Positions 22,721 through 36,135 of a DNA stretch of 38,266 nt are shown here, piece by piece. This stretch comes from Octopus bimaculoides. Its lineage: Eukaryota. Made by a program: the position numbers and the translations under genes. The notes below the pieces were generated by a model. The model saw only the letters and a program-made list of their open reading frames with translations, was not told where the DNA came from and made no database searches. The DNA lies in NCBI RefSeq assembly GCF_001194135.2, contig NC_069005.1, positions 25,728,093-25,766,358 on the forward strand. The letters run 5' to 3'. Numbering within the stretch: the first letter of the stretch is position 1; every line of letters starts with the position of its first letter.

Positions 22721-25596
22721 ATGAAAATGCTAAAGTTCTAGAAATAGACACCGCAATCATTAGTTATTCTAACCCCTCTGCTAGAACGCGATATAGTTAA
22801 ATGGTCGTCTTTACACATCTCAATCAAACATAAAAGATGTAGCCTCCAATCTGTCTAGATTGGTAGTAACTCTAAATAAGAACAGACTTCGTCTGCGACA
22901 ACCCTCCAAACCTATACAAACATGGAAAAGTGGTTAAGTGACGATGATGTTGGTTAAACCAGGGGTTTTCAAACTTTTTGGCTTGCGGACCCCTTTATAT
23001 TTCAGGCTTTACCTTATAAACGCTTATGAAATTTATACATAAATATTTGCTTAAAATAACATATATTTTTACATTTATTTATTTAACNNNNNNNNNNNNN
23101 NNNNNNNNNNNNNNNNNNNNNNNNNNNNNNNNNNNNNNNNNNNNNNNNNNNNNNNNNNNNNNNNNNNNNNNNNNNNNNNNNNNNNNNNNNNNNNNNNNNN
23201 NNNNNNNNNNNNNNNNNNNNNNNNNNNNNNNNNNNNNNNNNNNNNNNNNNNNNNNNNNNNNNNNNNNNNNNNNNNNNNNNNNNNNNNNNNNNNNNNNNNN
23301 NNNNNNNNNNNNNNNNNNNNNNNNNNNNNNNNNNNNNNNNNNNNNNNNNNNNNNNNNNNNNNNNNNNNNNNNNNNNNNNNNNNNNNNNNNNNNNNNNNNN
23401 NNNNNNNNNNNNNNNNNNNNNNNNNNNNNNNNNNNNNNNNNNNNNNNNNNNNNNNNNNNNNNNNNNNNNNNNNNNNNNNNNNNNNNNNNNNNNNNNNNNN
23501 NNNNNNNNNNNNNNNNNNNNNNNNNNNNNNNNNNNNNNNNNNNNNNNNNNNNNNNNNNNNNNNNNNNNNNNNNNNNNNNNNNNNNNNNNNNNNNNNNNNN
23601 NNNNNNNNNNNNNNNNNNNNNNNNNNNNNNNNNNNNNNNNNNNNNNNNNNNNNNNNNNNNNNNNNNNNNNNNNNNNNNNNNNNNNNNNNNNNNNNNNNNN
23701 NNNNNNNNNNAACCAAGGTTCATGCTTTTAATTATTAATTTTTCTATATGTGACAGTGGATTTTCATTGATGAGTTCATGAACCTTGGTTCTTTTCCCTA
23801 AAACTATATATTTATATATATATGTGGCCTGTGTGTTTTCTGTACTCTGGTTATTATTTTTTGTCTACGTTTTGTTTGCAATGCCCTGTACCCAGATATG
23901 CACCTATATATACAGGTAGACGTAGATATGCACATACTTGTACGTATATATGCATATACTCATTTATTATTTGTTTTATATATATATATATATATGCCTC
24001 ATTTTCTTTTCCTTTCTTCAAATTAACTGTTCTTAAACCTTAGTTCCCGATTAGCCATAAACGAAGCAGAATATATATCTTATATACGACTAACGATTAA
24101 GGATATGATAGATGGATGGATAAATATATACACGCAATTAAATCTGCCTACATGTACAGGTTTGGTTTATAAAAACAACAGTAAATATTGTAACAATGAC
24201 AAGAAGATATAAGTGAATAAAAAAGGAAAAAAAACACTGATTTATACTTAATCTCACCAGTAATTATGTTGCTCAGTGTCCTATTTGTTGTTGTCTTCAA
24301 TAACGAAGCTAATTAAGGACTTAATTAATCCAACAAATTTGAAAGATTTGAAAATTCCGCGCTTTAAAAAGCAACTGACTACAATTGCGAGGTTAATGCC
24401 AGCGAAGACTCTGATTGGTTGATATTGTTTGAGAGTGTTGACTCATTTTATGTATGTATACAATACACACATACACACACAAAAGCACACACACACAAAC
24501 ACAAGCACACACACACAAACACAAGCACACACAAACAGCAGCAGACACACACAGATTGCTTCTGCTGAATATTAATAAATATCTATATATATATTATATT
24601 CACACAATATACACACCCACTTGGCATTCCTATATATATATATATTAATCTTCCGTTCTTTCCTGCTTGTTGGTGTGTGTGTGTTTATCTTCCGTTCTCT
24701 CCTGTTAGTTTGTATGTAATCACATTCATAGTGATTAGCGAAAATAAATTTGACATTTACTTAGGAACTTCCTTAGCCTAGTTCAGTTTTTGCTGGGTCT
24801 CGAAGGACCAGGGAGGTTTTTCTTTCTTCTTCCCTTTTATTATTTTGCTTATTTATTTTGTGACCATATGTGGGTTTGGGACTCAGTGCATTCTGCTGGA
24901 ATCGATAACTTTCTAACATTTCCCCAATCCACTCTGACTGGTACTTACTTATCGACCCCGAAAGGATGAAATGCGAAGTTGATATAGGCATGATTTGAAC
25001 TTAGAATGCAGAGTGATGCCAACTCATTTTATCCGATGCTGTTAGTACACTGCTAAGTCGATCAGACACACACACACACACACACGTAATATATAATGTA
25101 CTGTTCCGTTATAGGTGGGATCAACAAAAAAGTTCTTCATCCAGAGAGATAAATATCATGTAATGCATGCAGAATTTAAATTCGAGCAACTATTAGTTTC
25201 GTGTTATGAAAACAAGATAATCTGACAAGCTTGTAAGTGAAGAGCAACCGACTCGCAACCAATGCTCGGGGGCTTAATAGGTTCTATATAGACAGAGAGC
25301 CATAGGCAGCTCTCTCTCTCCCTCACACACACACACACACACTCTCTCTCTTTCTTTTGTGCCAACGCACGAAATTCTCTGATCTCTGTTAGCAGGTGAA
25401 ATATATATTCACATAATCATTATAACCATTCGCGCGCGTGCATTCGCGTGTGCAACTCGTTCCTTGCCTTCTCTCATCGTCTCCTCCCATAGCCTCTGTT
25501 TTCGTCCGTACAAGGAGCTTCACTCTGAGGATTGCCCGAAGGTCTGCTAGGTCAACTTTTTCAATCTCCTTTGTTTCCTTGTACTTCCCCACGAAG

Positions 25597-25969
25597 TGGA
25601 GGCGCAATGGCCTATTGGTTAGGGCAGCGGACTCGCGGTCATAGGATCGCAGTTTCGATTCCCAGACTGGGCGTTGTGAGTGTTTATTGAGTGAAAATAC
25701 CTAAAAGCTCCACGAGGCTCCGCCAGGGGATGGTGACGAACCCTGCTGTACTCTTTCTCTCACTCTTACTTTCTGTTTCTGTTGTGCCTGTAATTCAAAG
25801 GCCCAGCCTTGTCACACTGTGTCACGCTGAATATCCCCGAGAACTACGTTAAGGGTATACGTGTCTGTGGAGTGCTCAGCCACTTGCACGTTAATTTCAT
25901 GAGCAGGCTGTTCCGTTGATCGGATCAACTGGAACCCTCGACGTCGTAAGCGACGGAGTGCCAACAAAC
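25597..25969 (+). mobile_element. Same OR-like SINE, full length
   Basis: Head-to-tail match to 18827-19215. Confidence 0.85.
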
Positions 25970-26094
25970 TTTTTGTGAGTTAAAATCCCATTTATCAGTA
26001 TCAAACGCCACTCTTTGAGTCAAATTAGCAGCAGTCGATATATATTCACTTTTAATCCTTTAATAATTCTGTTTGTCCTGACCCCAGGACATAT

Positions 26095-26387
26095 CTTTTA
26101 AGCCTAGTACTTATTCTGTCAGTCTCACACACCGAACTACTAAGTTACAAGGACGTAAACACACCAACCCCTGTTGTCAAGCGGTGTTGGGGGCATGAGG
26201 ACAAACACAGACACAAAACACACACACACACACATAGATAGATACATACATATATACGGCGGGCTTCTTTCAGTTTCCGTCTACCAAATCCACTCACAAG
26301 GCTTTGGTCGGTCCGTCGCTATAGTAGAAGACACTTGCCCAAGGTGTCACGCAGTGGGACTGAGCCCGGGATCATGTGATTAAGAAG
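26095..26387 (-). mobile_element. SINE family A, partial
   Basis: Reverse complement of 8343-8760, cut by a gap. Confidence 0.8.
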
Positions 26388-26774
26388 NNNNNNNNNNNNN
26401 NNNNNNNNNNNNNNNNNNNNNNNNNNNNNNNNNNNNNNNNNNNNNNNNNNNNNNNNNNNNNNNNNNNNNNNNNNNNNNNNNNNNNNNNNNNNNNNNNNNN
26501 NNNNNNNNNNNNNNNNNNNNNNNNNNNNNNNNNNNNNNNNNNNNNNNNNNNNNNNNNNNNNNNNNNNNNNNNNNNNNNNNNNNNNNNNNNNNNNNNNNNN
26601 NNNNNNNNNNNNNNNNNNNNNNNNNNNNNNNNNNNNNNNNNNNNNNNNNNNNNNNNNNNNNNNNNNNNNNNNNNNTAGGAAGGATTTGAACACAAAACAT
26701 AAAGAGAAGGAAGAAATCCCGCTAGGAATTTTGACTGAATTTCTAACCACTACCGTTAAGTAAAAAAAATACAT

Positions 26775-26847
26775 AGGTTCCAGCGAGTTTCGAACTCGCG
26801 ACCTTCTGCGTGTTAAGCAGATGTGATAACCACTACACCATGGAACC
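26775..26847 (-). tRNA. tRNA-Val(AAC)
   Basis: 73-nt cloverleaf: GGTTCCA/TGGAACC acceptor, TCTGC-TTAACAC-GCAGA anticodon arm, GCGAG-TTCGAAA-CTCGC T arm; T-run terminator just downstream. Confidence 0.95.
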
Positions 26848-27504
26848 CCTTAGTATATAAATGGTCTAAATTATATATTTATAGAAAAACTTTACGGGTA
26901 ATAAGGACTACTTCAGGGAAATATTTATTTTGTTTTAATTGACTATGTTAATTGCGAACCGTTTTTAGTGCAGCACGGTAAAACGAGAGTAGCAGTGGTA
27001 TAGTTTCGGTTTCAATATCTCAGCCAGTTCAACTAGTAGTAATATATTTTATTCCCATACCCGCCCCGAGCAGATTTATGATTAAAAGAATTCCAACCAA
27101 AACAATTCCCTCTTTTCTTAGATAGTAATAATAATAATAATAATAGTAAATGATTTAAAGGAAATTTGGGTAAAAGTAGAGGAAAAGCGGCGTATTTAAA
27201 AATGCGAAAAGCAGTAATAGGGAAAGCAAAAATTTGATTGCCTTTCCTGAATTACTGAAACGAATTAATGTTTCGAAATAAATTATTTTGTAATTCGTTT
27301 TCAATCAGTATTCAGAATCTTATGCTTCAGACATCGGAGATTCCGACAGCACTAACAGAAAAACAAATGTTTGTAATGTATCCCTTCTTTTTTTCCAGGC
27401 TTTTGTTATTAACATATAACACTTCATTTGGAAAATAAAAATTCTTCTTTACACAAAGTGTTGCATTTTATACGACAGGAAAAAATACCAATGTGTCGCA
27501 TTTA

Positions 27505-27586
27505 TGTAGCTCTTTATCATTCTCGTAAACTATATTCCGAATTTCTGTAGCTCTTTATCATTCTCGTAAACTATATTCCGAATTTC
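27505..27586 (+). repeat. Perfect 41-bp tandem duplication
   Basis: tgtagctctttatcattctcgtaaactatattccgaatttc occurs twice. Confidence 0.9.
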
Positions 27587-28040
27587 TTGAATTTTAACAC
27601 GATTTAATTTATTTATTCGTTTCAGTAAATTGGGACAGCCACGTCAGATTTTCACCTTTCCTAATTATAATTTCTCCACTCTCATGCCGTGTTACTAGTA
27701 TATCTCTCGCGGGTCAAATGATCTCGTATTGACTCTAACCGTGTTTAACTTCATGTCAGACCTCACCAAGCAGAACTATGAATAGAAAGTATTCTACCTT
27801 TCCTAAGATTACATTATCCAAGGTGTCTGTCCGCTAATAAAGCGTATTATTGAATAGAGATTTGGCTGCCCTTTCGAGAAGATGGGGCAACAACGATCTT
27901 GTTGGTTCGTTACTGGGCATTGTTTTAATACCTCATTTAAACGCAGATTTTTTTTTTTATCTAATCCACCTCGCCAAAAAAACTAAGGTTTTGACATCGA
28001 AGGTTATTTATTCTGGAAAAAATAAATCAATAAGTTAATC

Positions 28041-28450
28041 TACTCTTTTACTTGTTTCAGTCATTTGACTGCGGCCATGCTGGAGCACCGCCTTTAGTCG
28101 AACAAATCGACCCCAGGACTTATTCTTTAGAAGCCTAGTACTTATTCTATCGGTCTGTTTTGCTGATCCGCTAAGTTACGGGGACGTAAATACACCAGCA
28201 TCGGTTGTCAAGCGATGTTGGGGGGACAAACACAGACACTCANNNNNNNNNNNNNNNNNNNNNNNNNNNNNNNNNNNNNNNNNNNNNNNNNNNNNNNNNN
28301 NNNNNNNNNNNNNNNNNNNNNNNNNNNNNNNNNNNNNNNNNNNNNNNNNNNNNNNNNNNNNNNNNNNNNNNNNNNNNNNNNNNNNNNNNNNNNNNNNNNN
28401 NNNNNNNNNNNNNNNNNNNNNNNNNNNNNNNNNNNNNNNNNNNNNNNNNN

Positions 28451-28481
<31 letters not shown>

Positions 28482-28642
28482 TACGACGGGCTTCTTTCAG
28501 TTTCCGTCTACCAAATCCACTCACAAGGCTTTGGTCGGCCCGAGGCTATAGCAGAAGACACTTGCCCAAGGTGCCACGCAGTGGGACTGAACCCAGAACC
28601 ATGTGGTTGGTAAGCAAGCTACTTACCACAGAGCCACTCCTA
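28041..28642 (-). mobile_element. SINE family A (internal microsatellite spans a gap)
   Basis: Reverse complement of 8343-8760. Confidence 0.85.
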
Positions 28643-28699
28643 TTCATTTATTTATTTTACCTACTGAATCATGTGGAAAAAGTAGTGCCCATGATTTGC

Positions 28700-28829
28700 A
28701 AGCCCTCAGAAAGCAGTGTACAGGATGCTGTTTATGTTCGTTTCAAACTGTTGCTCAATACATACAAGGAAAGCATAAACCGGGGGAAGATTCCAGAGGG
28801 ATCATTATCACGGGGAAGAAGGACTAGAT
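28700..28829 (+). mobile_element. Possible decayed non-LTR reverse-transcriptase fragment
   Basis: LLNTYKESINRGKIPE plus frameshifted GIIITGKKD resembles the G.IP..W..GIII...K.GD segment. Confidence 0.3.
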
Positions 28830-29087
28830 CAGTGGTTCTCAGCCAATTTTTATTCGATGTTTAAAAACTAGTTTTATTGATACTTCTTTCAAAATTCCTA
28901 ATTTGTTTTTCACAAATTTACTTGTACAGGTTGAAAGACTCTTGCAATAAATACATCTGAATCGAACCTATTTCACGAACTCTTAATATACTACTGTTGA
29001 TCCCCGATTTATTACTCTGCTTGTGTGGGCCCCCAAAATCTTATATGGATCATCTGGGAATCGTATGGAGCCGGTTGAGGACTACTG
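28830..29087. mobile_element. hAT-type MITE
   Basis: Degenerate inverted ends cagtggttctcagcc / ggttgaggactactg; 8-bp flanks gactagat / aactagac. Confidence 0.65.
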
Positions 29088-30730
29088 AACTAGACGTCAG
29101 TGAGGTAAACTCAACAGGAGTGGCAAGAGTTAGATAGACGAGTAGGACGGGGTGCTTGAATGATGGCGGCGCTATTCATAGGAGCTGACAGATGAGACCA
29201 GCCAGCTCCGCGGAATAAAGGCCATTATCAATATCTATAAAACACAAGATGTTTGTGTGTGTGTGTTGTGGGTTATGCACGTCCACAAATTAGCACGCAT
29301 GTCGCTCCAATTTTAGGAGGACATTGTTCATGACCCTAGCTGTGTTTTTGTCAACTTTTTCTCACAGAGGCACCCGCGTATAGCTGTAAAAATCGATAAA
29401 CTTTTACCAATTTTGAAGTTTGTTGACATGGCGAAGTCAAATCTGTGCGTACGTGCGTGAAGGAGAGAGAGAGAGAGCAAGAGAGAGAGAGAAAGAAAGA
29501 AAGAGAGGAAGAAAGAAAGAAAGAGAGAGAGAAANNNNNNNNNNNNNNNNNNNNNNNNNNNNNNNNNNNNNNNNNNNNNNNNNNNNNNNNNNNNNNNNNN
29601 NNNNNNNNNNNNNNNNNNNNNNNNNNNNNNNNNNNNNNNNNNNNNNNNNNNNNNNNNNNNNNNNNNNNNNNNNNNNNNNNNNNNNNNNNNNNNNNNNNNN
29701 NNNNNNNNNNNNNNNNNNNNNNNNNNNNNNNNNNNNNNNNNNNNNNNNNNNNNNNNNNNNNNNNNNNNNNNNNNNNNNNNNNNNNNNNNNNNNNNNNNNN
29801 NNNNNNNNNNNNNNNNNNNNNNNNNNNNNNNNNNNNNNNNNNNNNNNNNNNNNNNNNNNNNNNNNNNNNNNNNNNNNNNNNNNNNNNNNNNNNNNNNNNN
29901 NNNNNNNNNNNNNNNNNNNNNNNNNNNNNNNNNNNNNNNNNNNNNNNNNNNNNNNNNNNNNNNNNNNNNNNNNNNNNNNNNNNNNNNNNNNNNNNNNNNN
30001 NNNNNNNNNNNNNNNNNNNNNNNNNNNNNNNNNNNNNNNNNNNNNNNNNNNNNNNNNNNNNNNNNNNNNNNNNNNNNNNNNNNNNNNNNNNNNNNNNNNN
30101 NNNNNNNNNNNNNNNNNNNNNNNNNNNNNNNNNNNNNNNNNNNNNNNNNNNNNNNNNNNNNNNNNNNNNNNNNNNNNNNNNNNNNNNNNNNNNNNNNNAG
30201 GCTCCCTATTTTTTGGTTAATGTTGTTGGTAAGCTTTCCTAAGTTACTCCAATCCAGATCCCCAATGCAAACCTTCAGATCAACCTTCTCCTATGCAGAT
30301 CTCTAATGCAACATTTAAAAAAAGAGTCAATAAGTGAAAATAACCAATAAACTGATTCCTTATGGGATTTTCCAATCAAATTGCCAGCAAACCATTTTCA
30401 GCCAAACCAATTTCAACGGATTTCGCTCAAATCTGATGTCGATGTTACTTATTTTGGTTTGAAATAAAGGACTTAATCATTTAATAATCCTAGCTTAATC
30501 CCGAACAGCGCCGGGTTATACTGCTAGTAGTAACAATAAAAGAAAAGACAGAGAAAGGAAACAGTTCACCTGGATTAGGACCCATAAATGCCCTAAGCAC
30601 TTTAAAGATTTTGGTTTCCCCAAAATATATGTAATTCAATATATAAACAATAATAGCCATAAAATAAATTTTTATCTTTTTAAATGAGAAAAAATAACAG
30701 TAAGATGGAATATAATGTTTATTTTTGTAT

Positions 30731-31132
30731 ACTCTTTACTCTCTTACTCTTTTACTTGTTTCAGTCATTTGACTGTGGCCATGCTGGAGCACCACCTTTA
30801 GTCGAGCAAATCGACACCAGAACTTATTCTTTGGAAGCCTAGTACTTATTCTATCGGTCTCTTTTGCCGAACCGCTAAGTTACGGGGGCGTAAACACACC
30901 AGCATCGGTTGTCAAGCGATGTTGGGGGGAAAACACAGACACGCAAACATATACGCACACATACATATATATGACGGGCTTCTTTCAGTTTCCATCTACC
31001 GAATCCACTCACAAGGCTTTGATCGGCCCGAGGCTATAGTAGAGGACACTTGCCCAAGGTGCCACGCAATGGGACTGAACCCGGAACCATGTGGTTGGTA
31101 AGCAAGATACTTACCACACAGCCACTCATACA
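30731..31132 (-). mobile_element. SINE family A, full length
   Basis: Reverse complement of 8343-8760. Confidence 0.85.
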
Positions 31133-31339
31133 CCTTTTATTTATATTTGAGAGGTTTTCTCCCTTTTTTTTTTTAAACTGCAAAGTCTTTGATCAAATCC
31201 TTGCTATGAACACTTTGAAATTATATTTCCAATTATAAAAGTCACTTCGAATATTATTGTAGCAAGTTTAATGTGATTTGTTTTGTGCCGTAGACCATTT
31301 ACCATTTCTGTGCTTATTTTGCTTAATAGCTAATCCAGC

Positions 31340-31540
31340 AGTGCGTGTCCATCTGTGTTTGAATGTAAATCAAGTGAACGACTCTTCTTTGGATTCAGTA
31401 ACTGTTTGAGGCTGAAATATTTTCTGGCTCTGAAGAGAAGTGACAGCCTTTGGAATGCAGTTACGATATGAATGTGCTTTCGCCAAGAGAAATCTTCAAT
31501 GAGTGTCACCCATCAATTGTCCCCGTTACTTCTAAGTAAA
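31340..31540 (-). mobile_element. CR1/L2-like LINE RT C-terminal fragment
   Basis: Minus-strand translation WRKHIHIVTAFQRLSLLFRARKYFSLKQLL, like the typical 'LGFLFRARKYFS..QLL' segment. Confidence 0.55.
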
Positions 31541-31784
31541 ATATTTGTTTTTAGGGTACTATATGGGTTCTTTGTAGTCTATTGATGGATAGAATTATGG
31601 GACCCAAATAAAATCAGCATACACTGATTGACCTGACATATTTCCTGCATAACATCGTTGTAGTTTCCCGTTGTTACTCTGAGTGTCTGTGCATCATTTT
31701 ACTTTATTATGTGAATTCTTTATGGGCGTTATGAATGCTGTGAAGATAATTATGTAACTCCTTGTAATGCTGTCTTCTCTGTAA

Positions 31785-32200
31785 GGCAGTGAGCTGGCAG
31801 AAACGTTAGCACGCCGGGCGAAATGCTTAGCGGTATTCCGTCCGTCTTTACGTTCTGAGTTCAGATTCCGCCGAGGTCGACTTTGGCTTTCATCCTTTCG
31901 GGGTCGATAAATTAAGTACCAGTTACGCACTGAGGTCGATGTAATCGACTTAATCCCTTTGTCTGCCCTTGTTTGTCCCCTCTATGTTTAGCCCCTTGTG
32001 GGCAATAAAGAAATAAGAAACGTTAGCACGCCAGGCGAAATGCTTAGCGGTATTTCGTCTGCCGCTACGTTCTGAAGTCAACTTTGCCTTTCATCTTTTA
32101 TGGGTCGATAACATAAATACCAGATGAACACTGGGGTTGATGTAATCGACTTACTCCCTTCCCCTAAAATTACTAGCACTGTGCCAAAATTTGAAACCAA
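31785..32200 (+). mobile_element. SINE family B (ggcagtgagctggcagaaacgttagc head, Nin/Deu-like core), full copy plus tandem partial copy
   Basis: Core cctttcatcctttcggggtcgataaattaagtacc; other copies at 2330-2490(-), 2740-2950(-), 4200-4350(-), 4377-4530(+), 4540-4738(-), 8090-8260(-), 15200-15380(+), 21165-21670(-), 24940-25010(-). Confidence 0.8.
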
Positions 32201-32976
32201 TCTTCTCATGTGTGGCTGGTAGGAAAGGTAGAAGACATGGTAATCGTTATTTTTGTTGCAGTAGCCAGGTTGCTAGGTGCCAGACGAAGGGTTGGGGGAA
32301 AAAACTTGTGCTGCAGTATCTGGAGAATACCGGAAGGGTGTAACTGAGATATCTACATGTGAGGCCATCTATATGTTTTGACAAGGTTTTTATGATATAA
32401 AATTGAGAATTATTTCATTAAACGGGTATCTTAAGACCCATAGACTCCGGTTGCAATAAGAATATTTCCTCTAACAAGCTGAATTCCGGGGGATTTTCTT
32501 CTCTTACCAAAACATTTAAGAATGTTCTATATGGCCTTTAGGTGCAAAAATTAAACTTTCCTTTTGGCTGTCAACGCCCATCAAAAATTGAAAATTGATT
32601 GACTCGAAAATGTCAGCAGACGTCATAATAGAGTCCAATTTACAATTAATATTATTAACTATACCATTAATCGCTGGTGGTAATTATCTCTCGTCAATAT
32701 TGCCAAATAAAGTAATATCATTCGCCAGCGGTGTTGATCTGTGAATTTTAACGCTCCAGGTTCGGATTCAGTTTGTCTGCTACATGGTCAAAGACGTTCC
32801 AGCGATGATTATGCGTGAGAGACAAACTTCATAGAGGGATTGTGTAATGTATATATAAGTCTCAAAGACTTCAGGAGATGTCCTCAACGGAGACAGAAAT
32901 TAGAACATTCATTTTGTACATTAGTTGGTCATTACGGGAAGACTGCGGAAAGAGGTAAAAAAATAGTAACCCCTAC

Positions 32977-33049
32977 AGGTTTCGACGAGGATCGAACTCG
33001 CGACATTCTGTGTGTGAAACAGACGTGATAACCACTACACCACGAAACC
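32977..33049 (-). tRNA. tRNA-Val(CAC)
   Basis: Intact cloverleaf; acceptor GGTTTCG/CGAAACC (compensatory change versus the other CAC copies); T7 terminator. Confidence 0.92.
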
Positions 33050-33806
33050 TGCATCGTAAGTATATTGTTTTTTAGCTATTTAAAGGCAAAAAGCCCATTA
33101 ATTAGTTTAACCTTTTATTACGATTTTTATTGTTGTTTTTAAGTGTTTTGGAAATGTAACATAATAATACGTCTGATTCAAGGTAATAGTTTGGCCAGCA
33201 CCTAAAACTATAATTAACTCACCGCAGATGTTTATAAATAGAACTATACTGGTAACCAAGGCTTGGAGAATGCATAACCACCACCCCTATTGGGAGAATA
33301 ACAGAACCAATATAGAAACATTGGCGCCCATTAGAGCTATATTGTTTACATTTAGAAAAACCACAGTTTATACCCACCCGCATCGTCTTTGTGTTTATAT
33401 GTTCGTGTGTGTGTGTTTGTGTTGTGTGTGTGTTTCGATATATGTTTATACATGAACGTGTGTGCGTACATATGCATGTGTGTGTGCGCGGTTTAGAGCG
33501 GACGGAGTTGCGTACAAAATAATTACGGTGCTGTTGGACGGAGAAACACCTTGGATCCACGTCAACAATAACCAGTGAGAATAATATATTTGGAAAAGTG
33601 TTGCTGCTTAGACTCCCATATCCAAGGTCAGAGATGGGGGGAACTTTATATATGTTGCAAGGCTGACTTGACAGTCCAACAAAAGCATAACAAAAGCACT
33701 CTCATGTCATAATGACATTTTGATAAAGGTCTCGTTCAAATGGAACTGCATTCGGACAAGGCCGCACTTCATTACATAACTATATCAAATTCTACTTATA
33801 TTACAA

Positions 33807-33980
33807 TATATGGATCTTTCTCAATTGACGGGCACCACTTGTTTTCTTAACGAAACACTTTCAAACTTGGGATACTGGTAGAATGTGTCATATAAAACAT
33901 CTTTTTCTCTTAGCCTTCTTAACAAAAATTTCTACATAAATGAAAAGTGGTGCCCGTCAATTCAGAAAGATTCCATTATA
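33807..33980. mobile_element. MITE with ~30-bp terminal inverted repeats
   Basis: tctttctcaattgacgggcaccactt / aagtggtgcccgtcaattcagaaaga (1 mismatch), TA-rich flanks. Confidence 0.65.
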
Positions 33981-34271
33981 TTACAGCGTGTGTATGTGTA
34001 CGCGTGTGTGTGTGTTATTTGGTTATTGTTGGTGAACTTGTTGAAGAACAATAATACATTTACTGAATATGTATAAAGATGCAGAGGTTTAAATTTACGA
34101 ATAATAATGATTCGACTGGGACCTCATGTATAGAAGCGTAATGAGGACAATATGCTGATAAGACTCTCAACAGCATCCATGATATAAAGGAAAGGAAAAT
34201 ATGCCAAGAGATGAAACGAATGAAAACATAACTAGTAGGATAACAAATTAAAGCAAAAGAAAGAATCTATG

Positions 34272-34344
34272 ATGTTTTGATAAGGATTGAACCTGTAATA
34301 CTCTTTGTGGGAGGCAAACGTGTTAACCATTACACAACGTAACA
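34272..34344 (-). pseudogene. Degenerate tRNA-Val pseudogene (anticodon position reads CCC)
   Basis: Aligns without gaps over 73 nt to the neighbouring Val(CAC) genes; acceptor, anticodon and T stems broken. Confidence 0.75.
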
Positions 34345-35124
34345 TCTGCGAAAAAAAATTTAAAATTATAAATATTTAAATATAAACCGCAAGCATAAGT
34401 TTTATATTTTTATTTTTATGGATAAAACGTAGATAAATGGTAGTAATACGGGAAAGTAAATCTAGTTGTTTAATAGTTCAGTTATTTAGAAGTAATTACA
34501 GATATAAATAAATATAGTGCGTAGTCTGTCATTCAGCAACATCTCTGCATTTTATCTATAGCAGAAAAACACTCGATTTATGAATCATTATCGATATCTG
34601 AAAACCATCGTTGTGATTATTATAATTATTTTTACTGTTGTTGTTATTTTATGAATACACGAAGTTATTATACAATGCATATTTATTTTGCTAAATATTT
34701 ATTTGATGTTATACTTGTGTATATTCGTGCGTGTGTGTGTGTGTGTGAGTGTGTGAGAGCGAGAAGGGAGAGAGAGAGAGAAAGAGGAAGTGAAAGACAG
34801 ATGTGTGTTTATACGCACGAATTGAAAACGAAAGTGAAACTAGGCTGACTATTTTCAAAACAAAGAACGTAGCTGTATTTGTGTAAGGGCGAAAGAAAGG
34901 GAGATAGAGCGTTGATGGGTGCATGCGTAACAGAACGATTTTCAATACAGATGTAAATAAATCTACGCCATCTATAGTAGTTCACTTTATGAGGCTGTGA
35001 TTTTTATTCATTTCCGAATTGTATTAACCAAATGAACGAATTTATATATTTGCACTTAGTGAGATGACACTCGTTAGCAATTAAATCTGGGTGAAAATAT
35101 ATAGAATGTGAAAAAATTGGCACC

Positions 35125-35197
35125 AGGTTCCGACGAGGATCGAACTCGCGACAGTCTGTGTGTGAAACAGATGTGATAACCACTACACCACGGAACC
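35125..35197 (-). tRNA. tRNA-Val(CAC)
   Basis: Intact cloverleaf, variable loop CTGTC, T6 terminator. Confidence 0.92.
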
Positions 35198-35689
35198 TTA
35201 CGAAAGGGCAAATCGCAATTTTAAGTATTTAAACGTAAACCAGAGAAAACATTTTTACCCCTTGTTTTCAAGATTGAGTTATAAAAACATTGTTTGAGAC
35301 AATATCAGAAATGCCAGAATGGAAGGGTCTCCCATATGCAATAAAATGAACCTGGAATACTTGATCAAATGGAATTATCGAAGCAGTTTATGAAGCATCT
35401 TCTAACGGGGATGTTTAAATTTTTAAAAAGTCAATTAGCAATGGAGATAATTCTTCAGAAATTAGTTAACCAAAACTTTCGGTAATTAAAAACAAGATGA
35501 ACTGGAATGATTTTGGCCTTTAAAACCAAGTAGTAAAAAAAAGTGAAAACGGACATGTTCCGACCATATTAAGCCTTCTCAGCAAAGAGTATCCGATTTC
35601 ATCAGGTTGATGAAACTGAAAGCAATAAGAACATACATGCGAATGAGTATCTGTATGTGTATATGTGCTTGTTTGTATATATACATAGC

Positions 35690-36135
<446 letters not shown>

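Noticed and set aside
25389-25607. Minus-strand ORF GKYKETKEIEKVDLADLRAILRVKLLVRTK...
   Set aside because: Protein-like but unrecognised, begins inside a SINE, and has no supported splice partners; needs BLASTX.
842-30242. Long ORFs full of X and low-complexity ORFs (CV, YI, RE, poly-D/N/L)
   Set aside because: Artefacts of N gaps and microsatellites.
8343-32200. SINE heads as tRNA genes; recurring repeats as a CRISPR-like array
   Set aside because: The heads lack full cloverleaves and continue into SINE bodies; the repeats are dispersed eukaryotic retroposons with no repeat-spacer periodicity or cas genes.
35545-35612. Minus-strand CTGATGA ... GGAAC-ATGTC hammerhead-like motif
   Set aside because: GAAA core mutated, and stems I and II do not pair convincingly.
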